Positions 57,463-64,000 of a stretch of 64,000 nt of DNA are shown here, one piece after another. The notes beneath the pieces are model-generated. The model was given only the letters and a program-made list of their open reading frames with translations. It was not told where the DNA came from and made no database searches. A program made the translations under genes and the position numbers. The first letter of the stretch is position 1. Every line of letters starts with the position of its first letter. The stretch comes from Antechinus flavipes (lineage: Eukaryota): NCBI RefSeq assembly GCF_016432865.1, contig NC_067398.1:343108001-343172000 (forward strand), read 5' to 3'.

Positions 57463-60400
57463 CTAAAGACAGGGTTAACAAGTCATTAATTTCTAGGTCA
57501 CCAAGAGTCAAACCAATTAAGTCATAACCTGGTTTCATAGAAATGCATTCCCACAAGCATAACCTACCTTATGATGCTTTAATCAACTTTTATTTTGTAA
57601 TCTCAGTAAGCCCTAGCCTAATGACAACATAAAGTCCTATTCCATACCCCAACACCACTGAATGACCAGCTTAGCTGCTGCTCCCCAATGAACTCCCTAC
57701 TCCAGGAATGATCCTAACTTCTGCCACTTTTTATTTTCCCAGACTTTCCTGGGAAGTCTAGATTCTCTTTCCCAATCCCTCACACCTCAGTCTGATTCCT
57801 CTCTTGTCTATGCTCATTTAGTGGTTCTGATCTTCCCTCTTTCCAATTAGTTATGTCTGTGGAAATTCTCGCATAATATTGTTTTCTTTAAATGCATTTT
57901 TCTGGAACAAATCAATAAGGTTAGACTAGGATGCTGGTAGAATGAAATGTGTACATCACTTTGGAAACTCAAAGTTTCAAATGTATAATCCAATACCTTT
58001 CTCCTTACAACAGTTTCCTCCTTTATGACAGAGTTTTTAACAAAGGAGGAAAAAAAGAGTAGAGGAACAGATCAGTGGGGCAGCCTCCAGTCCCAGCTCA
58101 GAAGGCAAATTCTGGGAAGCTAGGCTGTTTCCTGGAAAAAGCAGGGAATGCTACTCCTGCAAAAGGAAGGGGCTCTGTGCTCAGAGCCAAAACTCAGAGC
58201 TGCATAAGAAGCTTGAGACAGCGTCCCCTTTATCCCAGAAGCAGAGCTTGACCATACAAGGAAAAAAAAAAAAGGAAATATCAAAAGAAAATGAGCAAGA
58301 AACAGAAATGAACTTTGACCACAGGAAGCTACTATAGTGACAGGAAAGACCAAAATGCCAACACAGATGAGGACAAAATATTCACTGAGGAAATCTCAAA
58401 GAGTGATATAAATATGTCTCAAGCCCAAAAAGGATTCTTGGAAGTGCTTATAAAAGACTTTAAAAGACAAAGAAGAGTGGTAGAAGAAAAAAAATGGGAA
58501 AAAAAAAGTGAGATAAGCAAGAGAGAATCAACAGCTTGAAAAGGAAGGCAATTTCTTAAAAAATACAATTAACCAACTGCAAAAAAAAAAAAAAAAATTC
58601 ACTGAAGAAAACACTTTTCAAAGAGCCTGGCTAGCATTCTACAAGAGATCATTAAGGAAAACTGTAGAAACAGAGGAGAAAATACTCATTGAAAGAATCC
58701 ACCCATCACCTTTGGAAAGAGATCCCACAAGGAAAACCCCAAGGAACATTGTTCCAAAATTCCAATTTCAAGGAAAAATAATACTTCAGCTAGATAAAAA
58801 CAATTCAAATATCAAGGAACAACACTCAGGATTACCCAGGATCTGGCAGTTTATAATAAAGGATCAAAGGGCCTGGAATACCATATTCTGGAAGACAAAG
58901 GACCTGAGATTACAATCAAGAATAACTACAAAGTGAGATACAGCATCATCTTTCAGGAGAGGCAATGGATCTTCAATGAAATAAGAGACTTTCAATCATT
59001 TCTATTGAAAAAAAAACAACTAAAAAAAAAATAGTAATCTACAAACACAGGATTCAAAAGAAACATAAAATGGTAAATGGGGAAAAGATATATTGTTTAA
59101 AGGTTAAACTGTTTACATCCCTAGATGGGAAAATTATATCTGTAACTCTTAAGAACTTTATCTGTTATTAGGGCGGTTACTGAGAATGTGTTTGTGAATG
59201 GATTCTGATGTGGTGACATCAAAAACAAGACATTAAGGGATGGGAAAAGGTCTGGTTGGAAGAAAAAGAAAGGGGACAATTAGTTCACATGAAGAGGTGC
59301 AAAAGACATATTACAATTGAGGGAAAGAAGGGGGGTAAATAAGCATTGTCTGAAACTTGACCTCATCAGTTTTGGTTCTAAGAGGGAATAACTTAATCAT
59401 TCAGTTGGGTATAGAAATTTATCTAACCTTAAAAAGAAGTAGGAGGAGAAAGCCAAAAGAAAAGGAAGGGGTTGGATAGAAGGGCAGAAACAATAAGAGA
59501 AAGGGGTTAGAGAAAGGGGGAGGGTGATAGGAGATAATGGGTGGGGTGGGTCAAAAAAGAATACTACTAAGGACAGGGTGGAAAAAAGAAAAGAAAAATA
59601 TATACAGGGGAGAAAATAGGATGGAGAGAAATACAGAGCTAGTAATCATAACTGTGAATGTGAATGGAAAGAATTCTCCCATAAAAAGGAAGAGAATTAG
59701 CAGAGTGGATTAAAAAAAAAAAACCCAAACACCAAAACTAACCCCAAAACAAACCTCCACCACCAACAACAAAAGGCAGGGAAAAAAGTCAAATGTCCCC
59801 AGCAGAAATAGTCCCTTAGTGACCAGTCCCCAACAGAAAGGCATCTTCTCACCTGGAATCTTCAGCCACTGAGACATCACACTGAGAGCTGTGCTCTGCA
59901 TCTTGTCTTCTGGCACTGTCTGATCCACAAGGCCTATTCTGAGGGCTTCTGCAGGAGGGAAGAGCAAGCCCAGCTGAAGGGCCTTCTCGGAAGCTCTGTT
60001 CCCAATCGTGTTTACAAGGCTGTCTTTAAACCTAGAATTAACAACACACACGCACGGCCCTCACTTAACTCTGTGTGGAAGGACTGAGCACAGATCAGCA
60101 TTTAAAAAAAGAGAAGCATCTAGTTCTGACACTGAGATGACAGATTCCCAAAAAAGAAAAGCAAAAGCTTCTTTCTGAAATCATGTTCCAACAAGTGCAG
60201 CAGAGATGGGCCCGCCTTATGGCAGGGTCGGCCTTACCAGAAGGGCGCTACGATGCCCAGCAGGGTTTCGTTCAGACCAATGGTGTACTTCGGGTTGTCG
60301 GCCATGATTCGGTAGTCACTTGTTAAGGCAAGCAGGCAGCCTCCGGCGGGGCTGGATCCCTAGAAGCAAAGCCAGATGTTGACTCTGGGCAGGCCTGCTA

Positions 60401-61612
60401 TCCCATCCAGCTGTGGCATCTAGATACTCAAAGTGAATGTACAGATCAGATTTAGTCCTGGAAGAATCTGCTGCCATTTGTAAAAGGGGGAAAAGAACAC
60501 GACATGACTCCGGTTTTGTTCTTAGCCTCCTGACAGTCAAGAGGGTGTGCAAAGTTCTGAGAATGGGTCAGCTGAATCCCCGTTAGGAAGGAAGCATGCC
60601 TGGGGCTTTATAAAATGTCACATCTGTTTTAAAGCCATTTGTAACTGGTCTAAATGGTCATACATTAGAGGCAGCCACAATGCAGTAGGAGGAGTCTTAG
60701 ATTTGAAGGTTAGAGGACATAGACTCAACCCTGAGCTTTGCTATTTAACCTACTGTACTGAGTTTGGGCAATTTTCTTCCTGTCTCTGGGTCTCAGTTTC
60801 CTGAACTTTTAAATGAGGGAGATTAGTTACATTTCCTTCTAGATCGAAATTCTGTGATCCCTGAACTCTCAACGGAACCAGCAAGGGGCCAACCAAACTC
60901 TTAACTAAGAACATGGCCAAAATAGCAAGAACACAATGTTTCTCTTTAAGACCTAAGATGAATATATAACCTATATCAGATTGCTTGCTGTCTTGGGGAA
61001 GGGGCAACTAAGAGAGGAAAGGAGAAAAATTTGGAACACAAATCTTACAAAAATGAATGCTGAAAAGTATCTTTATGTGTATTTGGAAAAATATCATTGA
61101 GGAAAAAAAAATAACCCAAGTTGAAGTAGCAAACACAAACTTCTTCCATCTATAGTTTTTATTATTGTTATTGTTCAATTGTTCTAGTCATGTCTGGCTG
61201 TGACCCCAATTTAAGAGTTTTTGTTGGAGTGATCTGCCTTTTTCTTCCCAAACTCCTTTAGAGATGAGGAAACTGAGGCAAATAAGGTGAAGTGCCTTGC
61301 CCAGGGTTACTAGCCACAGCTAATAAATGCCTGAAGCCAGGTTTTATCTCAGAAAGATGGGCCTTCCTAACTCCAGGCCTAGAAGCCTATCCACTGTGAT
61401 ACCTGTCCTACCCTATCTTAAAGGAAAGCCAGTTTCCTTTGAAATCAGACAAAAAGGCAACTTGCATTGATTGCTGCTATCACCACCATGTTGGACATGT
61501 ACAGCTTCAGCCACAACTCTTGTACTGCTTTCCAGTACTCAGTATAGTGTGCTGCATTCTTTCCACACATTTCGGTAATATCCAGGCCAGCAGAGAAGAT
61601 TTTGGGGTAGTT
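57296..61612 (-). CDS. ECI1: Enoyl-CoA delta isomerase 1, mitochondrial; last four exons (5' exons outside the window)
   Basis: Minus-strand exons 61466-61612 (147 nt), 60238-60359 (122), 59853-60031 (179), 57296-57462 (167) join in phase: NYPKIFSAGLDITEM...AIN|GSSPAGGCLLALTSDYRIMADNPKYTIGLNETLLGIVAPF|WFKDS...|DHARQLTK...KERKG*. Confidence 0.96.
58060..59722 (+). mobile_element. L1 5' portion (5'UTR, degraded ORF1, spacer, first ORF2 codons); no 3' part
   Basis: ATG at 58291 MSKKQK*TLTTGSYYSDR..; ERDPTRKTPRNIVPKFQ; ORF2 start ITVNVNG.NSPIKRKRI near 59648. Confidence 0.75.
59853..60031 (-). CDS. ECI1: ECI1 penultimate exon
   Basis: FKDSLVNTIGNRASEKALQLG...QWLKIP; G|gtgaga. Confidence 0.95.
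60238..60359 (-). CDS. ECI1: ECI1 internal exon (catalytic Glu, GLNET)
   Basis: ttctag|GGA; TG|gtaagg. Confidence 0.95.
61235..61400 (-). mobile_element. MAR1/MIR-like SINE
   Basis: gatgaggaaactgaggcaaataaggtgaagtgccttgcccagggt. Confidence 0.6.
61466..61612 (-). CDS. ECI1: ECI1 internal exon with GC donor
   Basis: tttcag|AAC; 49 codons; AAT|gcaagt. Confidence 0.92.
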
Positions 61613-61807
61613 CTGAAATAATAAGAAACAAGAAGTCAATTAACATGCATTTATTAAGCACTTACTATAGGCAAGGCATTCAAAATATGACAAAAATGAA
61701 ATTCTATCAGCCTATGAGAAGTCAATGGTATATATCAAAAATACATAAAACATACACAAAGTTATGTCAAATAATTTTAATGTTTAATTAATTAATTAAT
61801 TAATGTG

Positions 61808-61949
61808 TTTTTTGCTGAGGCAACTGGGGTTAAGTGATTTGCCTAGGATCACACAACTAGGAAATGTTAAGTGTCTGAGGTCACATTTGAACTTGGGTCC
61901 TCCTGATTCCAGGGCTGATGCTCTATGCACTGTACCGCCTAGCTGCCCC
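61808..61949 (-). mobile_element. WSINE1-like SINE abutting an L1 3' tail (61950-62050)
   Basis: Same consensus as the other copies, somewhat more diverged. Confidence 0.75.
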
Positions 61950-64000
61950 TAATTTATTTAATATTTTCCCCAATTACATTTAAAACAATTTTTTTTACAT
62001 TTGTTTTTAAAACTTTTGAGTTCCAGGTTCTTTCCCTTATCATCCCCCAGTTAAGAAACTACATGTGAAGTTATATCAAATAATTTTGGGGAAAAGAGTA
62101 ACTGGGAAGGAATCTAGGAATTCCAAGGGGTATCAGAAGTGAGGAGGGGGAAAAGCCCTGAGAATAAACTTGGGATGCATCATGGATTGTGTGAAGGAGG
62201 CATAAAGTGCAATAATCCACTTTGGATCCAAGGGCTTAAATGCCAGACAAAGGATTTTACATTTGATTTTGGAGATAACAAGAATTTAAAGAGCAAAGGG
62301 ATGACTTGATCAGACCTGTGCTTTGGGAATAACCAAGGGCAAAAATGTAGAGGAAGGATAGAAAAAGGAGAGACATGATGCAGGGAAAACAATTAAGAGG
62401 TTATTTCAGTAATGTAGGAGAGAGATGTTAAAGGCCTGGTGACTGTGTAAATGGAAGGAGAAGCTAGATTGGAGAGGTATAATGGGGTGTAATTAACAAT
62501 GCTTTATAATAAATGGACTCCTATAGCATGAACAATCAATATTTTCCAAGAACCATTCATTCTTTAAATATCTTATTTTTTTCTTTTAAAGACAACTGTG
62601 AGTAAGTGACTTGACCAGGATCACACAGATAATAAGTATCACATTAGAACTTGGATCCTCCTGACTGCAGGGCCAGTGCTCTATCCAATATCTTTTTTTT
62701 TTTTTCCCAAATGTACACAGGTGATAACCGGTATTTTTTATATTTCAAGATAAGTAAGTAAATTCTGTCATTTTAAATGTATTTGACCAATTGTAATTCA
62801 TTTTCACTCAAATGAGTAAAAATAAAGATTTTTTGTTTTGTTTTTGCAAAAGCCTTCATTAGTTTATCATGTCCTTGTTTTTCTAGCTTTTCCAACTTGG
62901 AGATTAATTCTTAAGTTGTAAAGGACAGAACAAATAAAGTTAAGAGGTAAACAAATCTATGTGCTTTTATCTTTCCAAAAGTGATTTCAAGTCTCCTAGG
63001 CTCGAATGAAACCAGTTACCCCACAGTGCTGTTCAAATGTCCCCAAGTTACTGAAACAAACAAATTTTTATATGTGATTGTTTAACTTCTATCAGTGATC
63101 TCCGAGGAATAGCCTAAGAGTGTGGGAGAAATACAAGACTGGATATGGGCAAATGTTTTCCTTTTTATTGATTACTGAGAATAGCTGGGTCCTGGAAGCC
63201 ATAGACAGGTAAGAATCTTGTTGACATGCCTCAAAATTCGAAAAAGGATTACTGGGTAGATGAACATGAGAGAGGGAAAGTAAAGTACAATTATAAGGAG
63301 GCATCACAGAAGCAGGCCAAAATAAACTTCTTTTATGACAGCTATTTGTGTAATAAGTACTTCAATATTTGAAGTATAAACAATCAGTTCAACAATTCCA
63401 ATCACAAATGTTCTGTACTTTAGAAGATAATCTTTGAGAAATTTGATGGCTAAAAAAAAATCATCCTAAACTTGTGATAAGCCTTTATCATTAGTAATGC
63501 TGGTCTTCCGACAAGAAACATGGCTCATTGCTGGGTTTAGGATCTGTTGGAGCTGGTGATTGTTATGGCCCATTCCTAAGTGTGAAGGGACAGGTCGATT
63601 CTTCCAGAGCCCCCACAGCTGTGAATCATAACACCCCTGAAGGAACTGCAAATCAGCCTTTACTGACACAGATGTTGCTTGTGGATTGGGAATGAAATAA
63701 ATCAGAGGGAAGAGGGACAGGAGAGAAGTCAAAGAATGCAACTGCCTCTCAGTTTCCTTATATCATTATCATCTTCTCACATGAAGGGATCTGTTCCACT
63801 GGTCAGAATTAGATCCCCAGCAGCCACTAGCAGGTAGCTCCTGTAACAAGTGATCTGGTAGAACTTTCTAGAACTAGGAGGCATGTGTACACCATAAAAT
63901 CCAGAGCAGAATTTCAATGAAAGTGTCTAATTATAGGGAGATACTGTAGCAAAGTGGATCAAAAAATGTCAGCATGGTGCTTGACAAACTGACTGATAAC

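Noticed and set aside
61613-64000. Expected upstream ECI1 exon (PVNSL motif)
   Set aside because: Not found on the minus strand; it must lie beyond the window, so no exon is called.

Overview
Mammalian genomic DNA, almost certainly a marsupial. The WSINE1-like and MAR1-like CORE-SINEs and the marsupial-type L1 ends suggest a dasyurid; the species is an inference. The window holds the gene block syntenic to human 16p13.3: MLST8 (+, 8 coding exons, 326 aa), BRICD5 (-, 6 exons, 227 aa), PGP (-, 2 exons, 320 aa), E4F1 (+, 14 exons, 781 aa), DNASE1L2 (+, 8 coding exons, 288 aa) and the last four exons of ECI1 (-). I assembled all exon chains by hand and they are phase-consistent and stop-free. There are three CpG-island promoters and many retroposons, several with exact target-site duplications and nested insertions. 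I cannot demonstrate a new multi-gene system. The best oddities are: a U12 minor-spliceosome intron in MLST8; a GC-AG intron in ECI1; interlocked poly(A) signals at the BRICD5 stop codon, one written antisense in BRICD5 codons; a CpG-dense polylinker-like hairpin at 27.35 kb; a hairpin-rich LTR-like element just upstream of E4F1; a uORF/YY1/ETS cassette before the E4F1 ATG; and two introns (BRICD5, DNASE1L2) that I recall are retained in frame in human isoforms but are stop-containing here. Repeat family names and boundaries without a TSD are by eye and approximate.
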